Assembly (NCBI GenBank): GCA_963702005.1 | Contig: OY969696.1 | Span: 3,136,001-3,200,000, forward strand | Direction: 5' to 3' | DNA from: Candidatus Aminicenantes bacterium | GTDB lineage: Bacteria > Acidobacteriota > Aminicenantia > Aminicenantales > JAFGBC01 | DNA length: 64,000 nucleotides | In this document: positions 37,304-48,130 of the stretch, one piece after another | Position numbering within the stretch: position 1 is the stretch's first letter | Layout: every line of letters begins with the position of its first letter | The notes under the pieces: generated by a model | Database searches by the model: none | What the model saw: the letters and a program-made list of their open reading frames with translations, nothing else | Told to the model about the DNA's origin: nothing | Program-made: the position numbers and the translations under genes

Positions 37304-39358
37304 ATGAAAAAGACGCTGGGCGAGGCTTTCACCAAACCCAAGATGTTTTCCAGGAGCAAGCTGTTCCGGACCAAAACCCTGGACCAGTGCATGGAGGACT
37401 CCGAACGCCCCGAGTATCAGCTCAAACGGGTCCTGGGCCCGTTCCAGCTGATCCTGTTCGGGATCGGCGCCATCATCGGCGCCGGCATTTTCGCCACGAT
37501 CGGGACGGCCGCGGCCGGCGACGCCTACCGGCCGGGCGCCGGACCGGCCTTGATGGTCTCCTTCGTCATCACGGCCATCGTCTGCAGCTTCACGGCCCTC
37601 TGCTACGCCGAGTTCACCTCGATCGTGCCCATCTCCGGCTCGGCCTATACCTATTCCTACGCGACGCTGGGCGAGATCGTGGCCTGGATCATCGGCTGGG
37701 ACCTGATCATCGAGTACGCGGTGGGCAACATCGCCGTGGCCATCTCCTGGGCCAACTACTTCAAGACCTTTCTCAAAGGGTTCAACATCATCGTCCCCGA
37801 CTGGCTGTCGATGGACTATCGGACCGCGGCCAAAATCGTGGACTCGGCCGGGGTCAAGATCGTCTACCGCAACGCCCCCCACGTCTTCGGCTTCCCCATC
37901 ATTTTCAATTTGCTGGCCGTCGGGATCGTGACCGTCATCACCATCATCCTGGTCTGGGGAATCCGGGAGAGCGCCCGCTTCAACGCCATCATGGTCGGGA
38001 TCAAGATCACCGTCCTGACCTTCTTCATCATCATCGGCTTTTTCTGGGTCAAGCCGGCCAACTGGACGCCGTTCGCCCCCAACGGCTGGGCGGGCATCAG
38101 CGCCGGGGCGGCCATCGTCTTTTTCGCCTATATCGGTTTCGACGCCGTCTCGACCGTGGCCGAGGAGACACGGGACCCCAAACGCGACCTTCCCATCGGC
38201 ATCATCGGATCGCTCATCGTCTGCACGATCTTCTACATCGTCGTCTCGGCCGTTTTCACCGGCCTGATCTCCCATCCCGAACTCAAGCTCAAGCTGGCCA
38301 CCGAACAGGCCGAGCCCCTGACCATGGCCCTCCAGCACGCGGCGCCCAATTTGGGCTGGGCGGTCGGCATCGTGGCTTTCGGTTCGGTCATCGCCCATAC
38401 GGCCGTCCTGCTCATCTTCCAGCTGGGCCAACCCCGTATTTTCTTCAGCATGTCCCGGGACGGCCTCCTTCCCAAGACCTTCAGCCGGGTTCACAAGCGC
38501 TTCCGGACTCCCCATGTCGCCACCATCCTGACGGGCATATTCGTGGCCGTGTTCGCGGCCGTGGCCAGTATCGACGAGATGGTCGACCTGACCAACATCG
38601 GAACGCTGTTCGCCTTCATCCTGGTCTGCGCCGGGATCATCGTCCTGCGCAAGACCGACCCGACGAGACCCCGGCCGTTTAAGGTGCCGAGCGGTTGGCT
38701 CTGGAGCGGCCTCATGTTCGCCGCCCTGGCCGTGGCCATGATCTTCTTCATCCCGGGGTCGCCGATTACTAAGATCATTGTCCTGGCCGCGGCGGCCATA
38801 GGTTTCTCCGTATTCCGGAACCATCTCTTCCCCGTCCTGGGCATCCTGTCCTGCCTGTATTTGATCTTCTATCTCCCGCCCACCTCCTGGTTGAGGTTCG
38901 CGGCCTGGCTCAACTTCGGCTTCCTGATTTACGTCGCCTTCGGTTCGATCCACAGCCGTCTGATGTCGAGCGACATGAAAAAGCGAAGCCCCGAACATCT
39001 GGCCTATACGGCCCGGCTGGGAGTCATTCTCCTCATAATCGGCGACGCCATGCTGTTCCTGATGCGCGGATTCGACCTCTACCGCACGGCCCAGAGGAGC
39101 CTTGGACAACTGGCCGGCTGGGAGCGGTTCACGACGGCCCTCCACCAAACTTTGCAGGCCAAGCTCTGGCTGGAGATGTCTTGGTTCCTGGTCATCCCCC
39201 TGGCCTTGAACGCCCTGGTCCTCTGCCCGCTCATCATACGACGGGCATCCCAGGCCAACAGCCAATCCGAAGCCGATCAGCGCTCCCGGGGGGCTTATTA
39301 TGTGGCCGCCGTCGTCGCGGTGCTGAGCCTCATCTACCTGGCCGCCGTGATTTTTTAA
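37304..39358 (+). CDS. APC-family amino acid permease
   Basis: GIGAIIGAGIF, GSAYTYSY, FFAYIGFDAVST.AEE. Confidence 0.93.
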   Translation: MKKTLGEAFTKPKMFSRSKLFRTKTLDQCMEDSERPEYQLKRVLGPFQLILFGIGAIIGAGIFATIGTAAAGDAYRPGAGPALMVSFVITAIVCSFTALCYAEFTSIVPISGSAYTYSYATLGEIVAWIIGWDLIIEYAVGNIAVAISWANYFKTFLKGFNIIVPDWLSMDYRTAAKIVDSAGVKIVYRNAPHVFGFPIIFNLLAVGIVTVITIILVWGIRESARFNAIMVGIKITVLTFFIIIGFFWVKPANWTPFAPNGWAGISAGAAIVFFAYIGFDAVSTVAEETRDPKRDLPIGIIGSLIVCTIFYIVVSAVFTGLISHPELKLKLATEQAEPLTMALQHAAPNLGWAVGIVAFGSVIAHTAVLLIFQLGQPRIFFSMSRDGLLPKTFSRVHKRFRTPHVATILTGIFVAVFAAVASIDEMVDLTNIGTLFAFILVCAGIIVLRKTDPTRPRPFKVPSGWLWSGLMFAALAVAMIFFIPGSPITKIIVLAAAAIGFSVFRNHLFPVLGILSCLYLIFYLPPTSWLRFAAWLNFGFLIYVAFGSIHSRLMSSDMKKRSPEHLAYTARLGVILLIIGDAMLFLMRGFDLYRTAQRSLGQLAGWERFTTALHQTLQAKLWLEMSWFLVIPLALNALVLCPLIIRRASQANSQSEADQRSRGAYYVAAVVAVLSLIYLAAVIF

Positions 39359-39408
39359 ACGGGATCGCAGCCCCTCGACGGTTAGACGGTTAGAAGGATA
39401 GGGCGATA

Positions 39409-40845
39409 ATGTTCAGAGATACGGTCTATCTGATCCTCGGCCAGTCCGTCCTGGTCGGCTCGAGCTATGCCGTCCATATCCTGGTCGCCCGGACCCTCGG
39501 CCCGGCCGATTACGGCTTGTTCGGCGTTGTTTTATCCATCCTGGCCGTTTTCGAAGTCTTCCTGGCCCGAGGCGTCCGCGACACGGTCACCAAGTACGTC
39601 GCCGAATGCCCGGACCGGGCCGGAACCATCCTCAAAAAGGGATTCGCCCTCGAGTCCGTCCTGGCCGGCGGCTTCTTCGTCGTCTTCCTAGCCTTGGCCT
39701 CTCCCCTGGCGGCCCTCTTCCATGACCCTCGTCTCCTGACTCCGCTCCGGATCGCTTCCCTGGCCATTCTGGCCATGTCGGCTTTTTCCCTCTTTATCGG
39801 CTATCTGAGCGGGGTGGGCCTATTCGGTAAAAACTCCCTGTCCATGATCGCCCACGGCGCAGCGAAAGTGGCGGCCGTCACGGCCATCCTCTTCCTGGGC
39901 GGCGGGATCAACGGGGCCATCGCCGGCTACATTCTATCCTTTCTGATCGGCACCGCCGTCGCCGCTTGGTTCGTATCCGAAACGGAACGGCCGGGCGGCT
40001 TCTTCCCGATTTCGCTGATGATCCGGTTTTCGACGCCTCTCATCCTGTTCGCGGCCGCCTCGACCCTCCTCCTGAACCTCGACATCCTGTTCGTCAAGGC
40101 CCTGGTCAGGTCGGCCGATGAGGTCGGCTACTATATTTCCGCCTCCTCCCTGACCAAGGCGCCCTACCAGGTCCTGTTCGCATTCAGCTTGACGCTCCTT
40201 CCGGCCGTATCGAAGTCCAGCGCGGCCGGAGACGCGGAGCGGACGGCCCTTCACATCAGGCAGTCCTTGCGGTTCCTGCTGCTCCTCCTCATCCCCCTCT
40301 GTTTTATGATGAGCGGGCTCGCCCGTCCCATCGTCGAAATCGTCTACTCGGACGCGTTCCGGGCGGCCGCCGGCCCGCTCCGGATCCTCATCTTCGGGAT
40401 CGGCTTCATCTCCCTTTTCTACAACCTGGCTTCGGCCATCACCGGGAGCGGCCGCCCCAGAGTCGCCTTGGCCATCGCGATCGGAGCCCTGCCCCTGGCC
40501 GCGATCCTGAACATCCTGCTCATCCCCCGCTATGGATTGGAGGGGGCCGCCATGTCCACGACGGTCGCCTGCGGAGCGGCCCTGGCCGCAAGCGTCATTT
40601 TCCTAAGAAGGACGGTCGGGCCGGTCCTGGAAGTCCGGACTTTGCTGAGGATCCTCCTCGCCGCCTCGTTCATCCTGCCGGCCGGAGCGCTCTGGCCATA
40701 CACGGGCTGGATCTCCGTACCCTTCGCCCTGGCTCTCGGCGCTATCTACCTTGTACTTCTTCGAGTCTTGGGCGAGGTCGGGCATGAAGACTGGGTTCTC
40801 GTCAAGGATGTCCTCTCCCGTCTCCGCCTCCGGCGAACCTTCTAA
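39409..40845 (+). CDS. Oligosaccharide flippase (Wzx/MOP family)
   Basis: ARTLGPADYG, VGYY..A, LLIPRYGLEGAA; multi-TM. Confidence 0.88.
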   Translation: MFRDTVYLILGQSVLVGSSYAVHILVARTLGPADYGLFGVVLSILAVFEVFLARGVRDTVTKYVAECPDRAGTILKKGFALESVLAGGFFVVFLALASPLAALFHDPRLLTPLRIASLAILAMSAFSLFIGYLSGVGLFGKNSLSMIAHGAAKVAAVTAILFLGGGINGAIAGYILSFLIGTAVAAWFVSETERPGGFFPISLMIRFSTPLILFAAASTLLLNLDILFVKALVRSADEVGYYISASSLTKAPYQVLFAFSLTLLPAVSKSSAAGDAERTALHIRQSLRFLLLLLIPLCFMMSGLARPIVEIVYSDAFRAAAGPLRILIFGIGFISLFYNLASAITGSGRPRVALAIAIGALPLAAILNILLIPRYGLEGAAMSTTVACGAALAASVIFLRRTVGPVLEVRTLLRILLAASFILPAGALWPYTGWISVPFALALGAIYLVLLRVLGEVGHEDWVLVKDVLSRLRLRRTF

Positions 40846-40904
40846 TCGCCGCCGGGACCGCGATGCTTTACACGCCCCCGACCGGATGTTAAGATGGCCG
40901 TCGG

Positions 40905-43049
40905 ATGTTGTTGAGGATTGTTTTATCCTTATCTCCGCTGTTGCTGCTGGCGTTCCGTCCCTTGACCTCCCATATCTTCTTGGGCGATATCCGGCCTTGG
41001 CTTTTCCCTTTGGCCGTCGCGGGCGTCCTTTATCTCCAGGCCGTCCGGCTCTCGCGTCGCGCCGCGACATCCTCGATCCCGGCCCTCGGCAAAGCCCAAG
41101 CCGTCTGGCGCCGCTTCCTGGACGCGCCGCCCCAGAAAACGGCCTTTCGTCTCTTCCTGATCGCCCTCGCCGTTTATTCTCTTCTGCTGTCCGGCGCCGT
41201 GGCCCCGGTCCAGCCGTTCACCGGGGACGAGCCCCACTATCTTCTCATCGCTAAGAGTATGGCCCGCGACGGCGACCTTAATCTTTACCAGGACTATGAG
41301 GAAGAGGCTTACCGGGAGTTTTACCCCGGCCCGCTTGACTCGCACGCCTCCCCCGGGAAAAAAGGGCCCGATCATATTTATTCCAGGCATTTCCCCGGGA
41401 TCTCCTTGATCGTCGCGCCCTTTTACGCCCTGGGCAGGCTGACGGGAAATCCGCGCGCCCTCATCGCGATTGCGCGCTTCCCGATCGCGCTCCTGAGCGC
41501 CCTCCTGGCCGCACTGTTCTTCCTATTCGTTCTCGACCTCGTGCGGGACCGATCGATCGCGCTCCTCGGCTGGGGTCTGTTCGCCCTGACGACCCCCTTG
41601 ATATTCTATAGTCAGGTCATTTACTCCGAGGTTCCGGTGAGCCTGATCACGCTTTTTATCCTGCGCAAGGTCGTCCTGAACAAAGACCTATCCGCGCTCT
41701 CGCTCGGCTTGGCCGGCGCCGGGATCGGGCTTCTGCCTTGGTTCGGCATCAAATACCTCGTCCTGGCCGCCGTCGTTTTTCTCGCGGCCATCGCATCGAT
41801 CTGGACGTGTTCGTCAAGAAGGATGAAGGACGCCGTCATCTTCGCGGCGCCCGCCGCCGTCCTGATGCTGCTCCTGGCCGCCGGGCTCTGGTCGCTCTAC
41901 GGAAGCGTCTCCCCCGCCGCCGTCTATCATGGGAGTCTGGCGGGCCAGGGCGTCCTGAGAATCCGCCTTTTCAAGACTCAAGGGTTGGAGTTCTGGAACC
42001 ATCTTTTAGGCATTTTTATCGATCAGAGGATGGGAATTCTCATGTTCAACCCCGTCCTCCTCCTGTTCCTGCCGGGGATCGTCCTCGCGGCCAGGAAGCG
42101 GCGGGCCGAGACTCTCTTGCTCCTGACGCCGTTCTTCCTGTGGACGATCTTCGAGTCTGCCGTCCGCCCCTGGGGAGGCTATTGTCCGCCCGGCAGGCCG
42201 CTCCTTCCCGTCCAGGGAGTGATGGCGGGATTCGCGGCCGTAGCGCTCGCCCGCCGTGACGGAAAAACTCGCCGCATTCTGGGAGGCGCGCTGATCGCCG
42301 CCACGGTTCTGATCACGCTCGTTTGCTTGAGGAACCCGATGCTGATGTACCACGCCAACCTCTCGGAAGAGGGCGGACCGAGCGGGACTTACAGTCAGAT
42401 CCTCTCCTCGGCTAAAATCCTTTTCTTCGACGCGACGCCTTTCGTCCCCGCCCTCTCCAACCGGACGGGCCGGATCTGGCTTCCGGTCCCGTTCTGGCTC
42501 GTCGGCTTGGGGTTCGCGACCTGGCTCTGGCTGAGGCGGGGAAGACGTCCCGCCCGCGGCCCGCGGCCTCTTTTTGTCCACGCGGCCGGAGCCTTTCTCT
42601 TATCCCTGTTCGTCCTGGCCTTCTCGTTCTTCCGGGCCGGCCTCGACGCCGACCGCTCGTTCGAGATTCCGGGCGGTCGCGTCTTCTTTCAGGACGATAA
42701 TACGCAGGGGCCCGAGCTGGGCGGATTTTGGACCAAGGGACAAAGTCGGGCGGCCGTCATCGTCCGGACGCCAGCCCCTGCGACGGAGATCTCGGTCGAG
42801 GTCTCGAGCGCCGTCTCCGGGTCCGTCGAGGTGGAGGTCGGGCCGACCCGGAAAACGGTCCGGCTCGAGGAAGGAAAGCTCAAAGCGGCGCCGGAGTCGC
42901 AGCCGCCGGTCGGTTTTCCCTGGAGGGGCGGATATCTCTACAAAGTGCGCATCCTGGCCGGAAGGACATTCATCCCCCACGAGCTCAATCCGGCCAGCTC
43001 GGACGGCCGGACACTGGGCGTTTTTGTGCGGATCAGCGTCGTCCGCTAG
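40905..43049 (+). CDS. Polytopic membrane protein, GT-C glycosyltransferase-like
   Basis: GDEPHY..IA.S...DGD motif followed by many TM helices. Confidence 0.65.
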   Translation: MLLRIVLSLSPLLLLAFRPLTSHIFLGDIRPWLFPLAVAGVLYLQAVRLSRRAATSSIPALGKAQAVWRRFLDAPPQKTAFRLFLIALAVYSLLLSGAVAPVQPFTGDEPHYLLIAKSMARDGDLNLYQDYEEEAYREFYPGPLDSHASPGKKGPDHIYSRHFPGISLIVAPFYALGRLTGNPRALIAIARFPIALLSALLAALFFLFVLDLVRDRSIALLGWGLFALTTPLIFYSQVIYSEVPVSLITLFILRKVVLNKDLSALSLGLAGAGIGLLPWFGIKYLVLAAVVFLAAIASIWTCSSRRMKDAVIFAAPAAVLMLLLAAGLWSLYGSVSPAAVYHGSLAGQGVLRIRLFKTQGLEFWNHLLGIFIDQRMGILMFNPVLLLFLPGIVLAARKRRAETLLLLTPFFLWTIFESAVRPWGGYCPPGRPLLPVQGVMAGFAAVALARRDGKTRRILGGALIAATVLITLVCLRNPMLMYHANLSEEGGPSGTYSQILSSAKILFFDATPFVPALSNRTGRIWLPVPFWLVGLGFATWLWLRRGRRPARGPRPLFVHAAGAFLLSLFVLAFSFFRAGLDADRSFEIPGGRVFFQDDNTQGPELGGFWTKGQSRAAVIVRTPAPATEISVEVSSAVSGSVEVEVGPTRKTVRLEEGKLKAAPESQPPVGFPWRGGYLYKVRILAGRTFIPHELNPASSDGRTLGVFVRISVVR

Positions 43050-43081
43050 AGAATCGCCCGCTGGCGGGTCGCCCGCGATTT

Positions 43082-43495
43082 TCAGACGATGAGAGTCCGC
43101 GTGATCTTGGCCACCAGGTTCGCGGTCGGGTCGGGGCAGCGAACGTACTCGGTCGTCACGCCGTCGGGATCGATAACCTTCTCATAGGGAGTCCCTTCGT
43201 ATTTCCAGGGAAGGATGACTCCGTATTCGAGAATCCGGACGAACTCGTTGAGGCTGGCTCTCAGCCAGGGACAGATCTTCCCCCAGTCTTCGGGATACTT
43301 GAAGGTGTCGCCCTTCTTGTGGCACCAAGTGTCGGGGCGAGCTTCGTAGATCTCGATATCGATCTTGTACTTTTTCCGCTTGGGCGGCGGAAGGGGCGGG
43401 GTTTTATCCGTTTGCTGGGGCCTGACCAAACCCGGCGCGGCGGCCAAGCCGGCGACGCCGCAGAACGCCCGCTTGAAGAATTCCTTACGTTTCAC
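43082..43495 (-). CDS. TIGR04076-like protein with Tat-like leader
   Basis: C..KGDTF..ICPW..CPDP..V..I.R; MKRKEFFK leader. Confidence 0.65.
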   Translation of the reverse strand: MKRKEFFKRAFCGVAGLAAAPGLVRPQQTDKTPPLPPPKRKKYKIDIEIYEARPDTWCHKKGDTFKYPEDWGKICPWLRASLNEFVRILEYGVILPWKYEGTPYEKVIDPDGVTTEYVRCPDPTANLVAKITRTLIV

Positions 43496-43773
43496 GGCTC
43501 CTCCTCTGATGAAAACGCTACTGATTCAAGGATCAAAATGAAATCTTCAGCGCGAAGGCGTATTCGCAGGGTTTCCGGACGGGGAGATCGATGCGGAGTC
43601 CGTCCTTGCCTCGGCTCCATTTGAGCTCATCCGACCGTCTTTTCATCAGTCGCGCCGGACCCGAAGCTCGGCATGAAGGCCAAAAGCGCGAGCGCCGGCC
43701 AGACCCGATTCGACTGCCATTTCGCCATAGAAACCTCCTCCTGACGATGCCGATCAGAAGGATTTTTCTTCGG

Positions 43774-44154
43774 CTATTTCTGTTGGGCGAGTTCCAGGGA
43801 TCCGGACTCGCCGCTGGGATCGCTCCAGGTGCCGACGAGCTTGCCCTCGGTCAAGGTCAGCTCGATCGAAATCTCGGAGCCGTCGTTGATGGCGAAATTG
43901 AAGGTCACTTTGTTGTCGTTGAAGGCGAAGCCGTAGATCTCGGCTTCGGTCACCAGACCCAGGCTGTCGGAGATCTTGCCCTTATAACCCGCCTCGGCCT
44001 TCTCCAAGGTCATGGTCACCTCGTCCGTCTCGCCGGACGGGACGACGGTCTTCCCGCTCCAGGTGCCGCTGAGATCGGCCGCCTGGGAGGCCGAAAAGAT
44101 GAGGGCGCACAGAAGCACTGCGACCGCCACAAACAGGAGAATGAACTTCTTCAT
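43774..44154 (-). CDS. Secreted hypothetical protein
   Basis: Signal peptide MKKFILL, DLSGTWSG beta-rich body. Confidence 0.7.
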   Translation of the reverse strand: MKKFILLFVAVAVLLCALIFSASQAADLSGTWSGKTVVPSGETDEVTMTLEKAEAGYKGKISDSLGLVTEAEIYGFAFNDNKVTFNFAINDGSEISIELTLTEGKLVGTWSDPSGESGSLELAQQK

Positions 44155-44318
44155 CCAAAGGCTCCTTTCCAAGCTTCAATTAATATATAAGACGGATCTC
44201 CTTCCCAAAAAGTTGCGAGTTTCATGCCAAGCTCTGACTCCGTTGGGGGGATGCGGCGATAATAATCTTTACACTCCCCTATCTGATCCTTTACGCCTTT
44301 CCTGACGGGGTCCGCGCT

Positions 44319-44349
44319 AAAAAAGGGGACGGCCTCCTCGGCCGTCCTT
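44319..44349 (-). terminator. Rho-independent terminator
   Basis: Minus strand GGACGGCC-GAGGA-GGCCGTCC followed by CCTTTTTT, downstream of the beta-barrel gene. Confidence 0.7.
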
Positions 44350-44383
44350 CGTCGGTCAAGGCAAACAGAAAAGGTCGTCCTCG

Positions 44384-45397
44384 TTACAGGTCGAAATGGA
44401 AGCGGATGGTGAAAACGGCGCCGATCCGGTTCAGGTTGATCGAGGCTTTGCGAACGCTATTGACGCCCGAGCCCGAGGGCGCGTTTTCGCTAATACCCAG
44501 GGTCGCATAATCATGGTTGTAGTAGTTCGAATGCCATTTCCAGTAATAAAGATTGCCCTTTTCACTGTCCGAGCTGGTCGTCGTCTCGTCGTACCACCAG
44601 CCGAGGAGCTCGTGCCAATAGCGCGTGTGGGAGCTGCCCTGGTAGTTCATGTCGCCGTGAAAGCCGTTGAAATTGACCATCCGGCCGTAAACCTCGAAAC
44701 CGACCGAGATCATCGGGGTCAAGAGCATTTCGAGCCCGGCGCCGCCCTGAAATCCGATCTTGTTGCACTTGGCATCGTCGGTCGTGGTGGCGGTCGCGTC
44801 AATGGTTTCTTTTTGATTGTAGTAGTACCAGCTGTCGTAGCTGTAGGAGTAACTTAGCGTTTCATTGCCGCTGTGTTTGAGCTTGGCCATGTAATAGCCG
44901 AGCCCCGCGTACGCGACGAAATTGAACTTGGGCGAGAGCGGCGTCTGGAAATGAAAATTTAAGGTGATCGGGACGGCCGAACCCTTAAAATCGTGCTTGA
45001 TCGTGTACGTTTCTGTCTCGATGTCGGTACCCCACCAGTAACTTCCGCTGCTGCTATAATTGAGGGTGTAGTCGCCCTTCTTGTTGGCGATGACATAGCC
45101 GACGCCGAGCCCGACTCCCAGTTTGGGGGTGAGGTTGAGGATGACTTCCCCTCCGAACTCGGGGACCAGGGACAGCTTTTTCCAGTTGAAAGTCGAGGAG
45201 GAATAATCCTCTCCCGCCCAATCGTCGGCATAAGCCTTTTCGCCCAGCCGATACTTCTCGAGGTCTCCGGCTCCGTCGAGAAGCATGGCCGCTCCGCCGC
45301 TGAGCTTGAGGCTTAACTTAAGGGCCGCCGCGCTCGGGGACGCCAGGACCGCGACCAAGAAGGCCGCCAGACAAACACACCCTAATTTCTTTTTCAT
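44384..45397 (-). CDS. Outer-membrane beta-barrel protein
   Basis: Signal peptide, amphipathic strands (VGLGVGY, YAGLGYY, GFQGGAGLE), C-terminal IRFHF. Confidence 0.75.
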   Translation of the reverse strand: MKKKLGCVCLAAFLVAVLASPSAAALKLSLKLSGGAAMLLDGAGDLEKYRLGEKAYADDWAGEDYSSSTFNWKKLSLVPEFGGEVILNLTPKLGVGLGVGYVIANKKGDYTLNYSSSGSYWWGTDIETETYTIKHDFKGSAVPITLNFHFQTPLSPKFNFVAYAGLGYYMAKLKHSGNETLSYSYSYDSWYYYNQKETIDATATTTDDAKCNKIGFQGGAGLEMLLTPMISVGFEVYGRMVNFNGFHGDMNYQGSSHTRYWHELLGWWYDETTTSSDSEKGNLYYWKWHSNYYNHDYATLGISENAPSGSGVNSVRKASINLNRIGAVFTIRFHFDL

Positions 45398-45509
45398 CCG
45401 CTCATTCTCCTCACAAAAAAAGGCGCCCAAACTATATAAAAAAACGGAAGAATTTGTCAATACAAACTCGTTTGACCGGCTGCCCGGTTTTGCATACGAT
45501 GAATGCGTC

Positions 45510-47210
45510 ATGCCGATCGCACGTCCGGATTTCTACGACATCCAGGAGTCGCAACGGGCCAAGACGTTGGGCCTGTTCGCGGTCCTCCTCCTCTTCTATG
45601 TCTTTGCCATCGGCCTGAGCGCCCTGGCCCTTCTCTTGAGCTTCGGACTCCTCGTCACCGGCGCCGTGTCCCTGTCCGGACCGTTCCTGGTCAAGTTCGG
45701 CCTGGCCGTCCTGGCCTTCTCGTTCCTCATCGCCGTCCTTCATTTTCGGGACGCGCGGCGTTCCGGGGCGGCTTACATCCTCAAGCGTCTTCAAGCCGCT
45801 CCCCCCGAGACCGGCGACCGCTATCATGTCCGGTTCGCCGATACCGTGGACGAGATCAGGATCGCCGCGGGACTCGCCCGGGTCCGGCCCTACATCCTCC
45901 CCGCCTTCGCCGTAAACTCGCTGGCTCTCATCGAGGCCGACGGAACCCCGGCCGTCGTCGTGACCGAGGGACTCTTGGCCGATTTCGCGCGGGACGAGCT
46001 CCAAGCCGTCGTCGCCCACGAGCTGGCCCACATCGTCCGCGGGGACGCCTTCTATCTGACCTTGGTCTGTTCGCTGGCCAACCTGTTCGAGCGTTTCCGC
46101 GAGTCCCTCGAGCCGGACCTCGACGAGCCCCAAGACGGCCGCGACGGCTCGGGGCGGGGCGCCGGACCCCCCATCCTCATCTATGTCGTCGTCGTCATCT
46201 CTTCGATCATCATGAAGCTGCTCAGCACCCTCATCAGCCGGGAACGCGAGATCCTGGCCGACGCGGCGGCCGTCGAATTGGGGCGCGATCCCGCCTCCCT
46301 GGCGCGCGCCATTTATAAGGCCCATCTCAAGAATTCCTTCGTGGGCGATTTCTCGGCGAGCTACGGCCCCCTCTTCATCGTCCCCCCCGCGCCCGAGCCG
46401 GAGTCCGAGGGCTTCTGGAGCCGGCTCTTCTCGACCCACCCTCCGGTCATGAAGCGCGTCAGGCTGCTGGCGGCCATGGCCCACAAGAGCGGCGCGGACA
46501 TCATCCATCAGGTCACGGAGGAAGCCGGGGAAATGGCGAAAGCCAGGACCGAGCTCCATGCGAGCGGCGGCGGGACCCCGGAGAGAGGGCCGGATGACGC
46601 CGGGGACAAGGTCTGGCTTATCCGAACCCCGCGCGGCCTGTGGGAAGGCCCGTTCAGCCTCGAGGAGCTTTTATTTCAGCCCGGCTTCACTCCGCTGGTC
46701 AGGATCAAAGACGAAGCGGAGGGCATCGAGGCCCGCGCCCGGGAATTCCCGGCCGTCCGCGACGCCCTACGAAACCTGAACCGCCGCCGGCCGGTCCGGG
46801 AGGAGCGAGCCAACGCCTGTCCGCGCTGCCGCACCCCGCTCGGCGAAGTGTTCTACGAGGGCGTCGCCGTCAAAGCGTGCCCATCCTGCGGAGGGAAGCT
46901 TGTCGACTCAGGGGCGATGGACCGGATCCTGGCCAGGCGTGAGGTCGCGTTCGGAGCCGATCTTGTCTCCAAAGCCCGCGCCTTCCAGGAGCGTTTCATC
47001 GAAAATCCGACGGGGACCCGGAAGATCGGCGAGGCCCAAGCGCGGCCGGCGTTCGTCTGCCCGGGATGCGGGTACCGAATGGCGCCACGGCCCTACAACT
47101 ATCAGTACTTCGTCCCCGTCATTAAATGCCTCTCCTGCCGAAAAATCTGGTTCGACGCGGACGAGCTCGAGATCCTCCAGATCCTGGTTGAGCGAAAGGG
47201 CCGGCCTTAG
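45510..47210 (+). CDS. M48/HtpX-like metalloprotease with C-terminal zf-TFIIB-like zinc ribbons
   Basis: VAHELAH, SREREILAD, STHPP..R; four CxxC pairs, IWFDADELE. Confidence 0.85.
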   Translation: MPIARPDFYDIQESQRAKTLGLFAVLLLFYVFAIGLSALALLLSFGLLVTGAVSLSGPFLVKFGLAVLAFSFLIAVLHFRDARRSGAAYILKRLQAAPPETGDRYHVRFADTVDEIRIAAGLARVRPYILPAFAVNSLALIEADGTPAVVVTEGLLADFARDELQAVVAHELAHIVRGDAFYLTLVCSLANLFERFRESLEPDLDEPQDGRDGSGRGAGPPILIYVVVVISSIIMKLLSTLISREREILADAAAVELGRDPASLARAIYKAHLKNSFVGDFSASYGPLFIVPPAPEPESEGFWSRLFSTHPPVMKRVRLLAAMAHKSGADIIHQVTEEAGEMAKARTELHASGGGTPERGPDDAGDKVWLIRTPRGLWEGPFSLEELLFQPGFTPLVRIKDEAEGIEARAREFPAVRDALRNLNRRRPVREERANACPRCRTPLGEVFYEGVAVKACPSCGGKLVDSGAMDRILARREVAFGADLVSKARAFQERFIENPTGTRKIGEAQARPAFVCPGCGYRMAPRPYNYQYFVPVIKCLSCRKIWFDADELEILQILVERKGRP

Positions 47211-47944
47211 CGGCCCGATCCGTCGAAGATCAACTCCAGGGCTTGGTAGCGGGAGTGAACCAGCTCGACTCCTTTCTCGATGGCCGGTCCGGACCCGGCG
47301 GCGCAAGCTTCTTCGAGCTTTCGAGTCGCCTCCAGGAGCTTACCGGCGGCTTCCTTGTAGACGTCGGCTTTGGATTCCAAGCGCTTGGAGAGAGTCGCCT
47401 TGGTCACGGCTTCGGCTTTGAGCCTGAGGTCGGCGGCCACGGCCTTGATCTCGCCGTATTTTTTATCCGGCAGGTATTTATGGACGATGACGTAGAGGAC
47501 CTTGTGAAACTCGTCGACCTCCTTGAGGACGGGACGGATGTCCCGGACGAGCATCTCGTACCTGGCGTGAAGAGTTTCGGCCGCGTCGAGAAGGGCCTGA
47601 TCGTCGGTCCCGGCGGCCGCCGTTTTATAGGCCTCGACCGATTTCTTGAACTCGGCGACGCCGGACGTCCACTTGGACTCTTTATCCCTCAAGATGCCGG
47701 GGAGTTTGGCGGTATAAATTTTTCCGGCCAGTGTCTCGATCTCTCCGACGAAACCGCGTAGGGCCGCGACGTCCTTGCGGGGATAGGCCTCGTGCCAGAT
47801 CGGATAGATGATCTCATGAAATGAGTCGAGCTCGGGGACGATGCTCTCCGTTTCCGAGGATTCCTGCCCCCGTGCGAATCCGGGCGCGTAGACGGCGAGG
47901 ATTAAGAGGGCGGCGGTCGCTGCGATGACGGCTTTTTTTACCAC
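47207..47944 (-). CDS. Secreted helical hypothetical protein with internal duplication
   Basis: Signal peptide; two similar halves (ELDSFHEIIYPIWH and EVDEFHKVLYVIVH). Confidence 0.7.
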   Translation of the reverse strand: MVKKAVIAATAALLILAVYAPGFARGQESSETESIVPELDSFHEIIYPIWHEAYPRKDVAALRGFVGEIETLAGKIYTAKLPGILRDKESKWTSGVAEFKKSVEAYKTAAAGTDDQALLDAAETLHARYEMLVRDIRPVLKEVDEFHKVLYVIVHKYLPDKKYGEIKAVAADLRLKAEAVTKATLSKRLESKADVYKEAAGKLLEATRKLEEACAAGSGPAIEKGVELVHSRYQALELIFDGSGR

Positions 47945-48130
47945 AGGCTGACTCCTTTCAGCAATTCCCGAAAAAGGGAATACTTTATACACTATTCCTT
48001 TTCTAAAAATCAAACGATGGTGCCGGCGGCAGGGCCGTCGCCGCCAAGGCAACCCCAAACGTAATCGCCGCTCAAATTCTTGCGCTCCGTATGGCCTGAC
48101 CGGGAGACCGGAGAATCCCGTTCCCCGCCG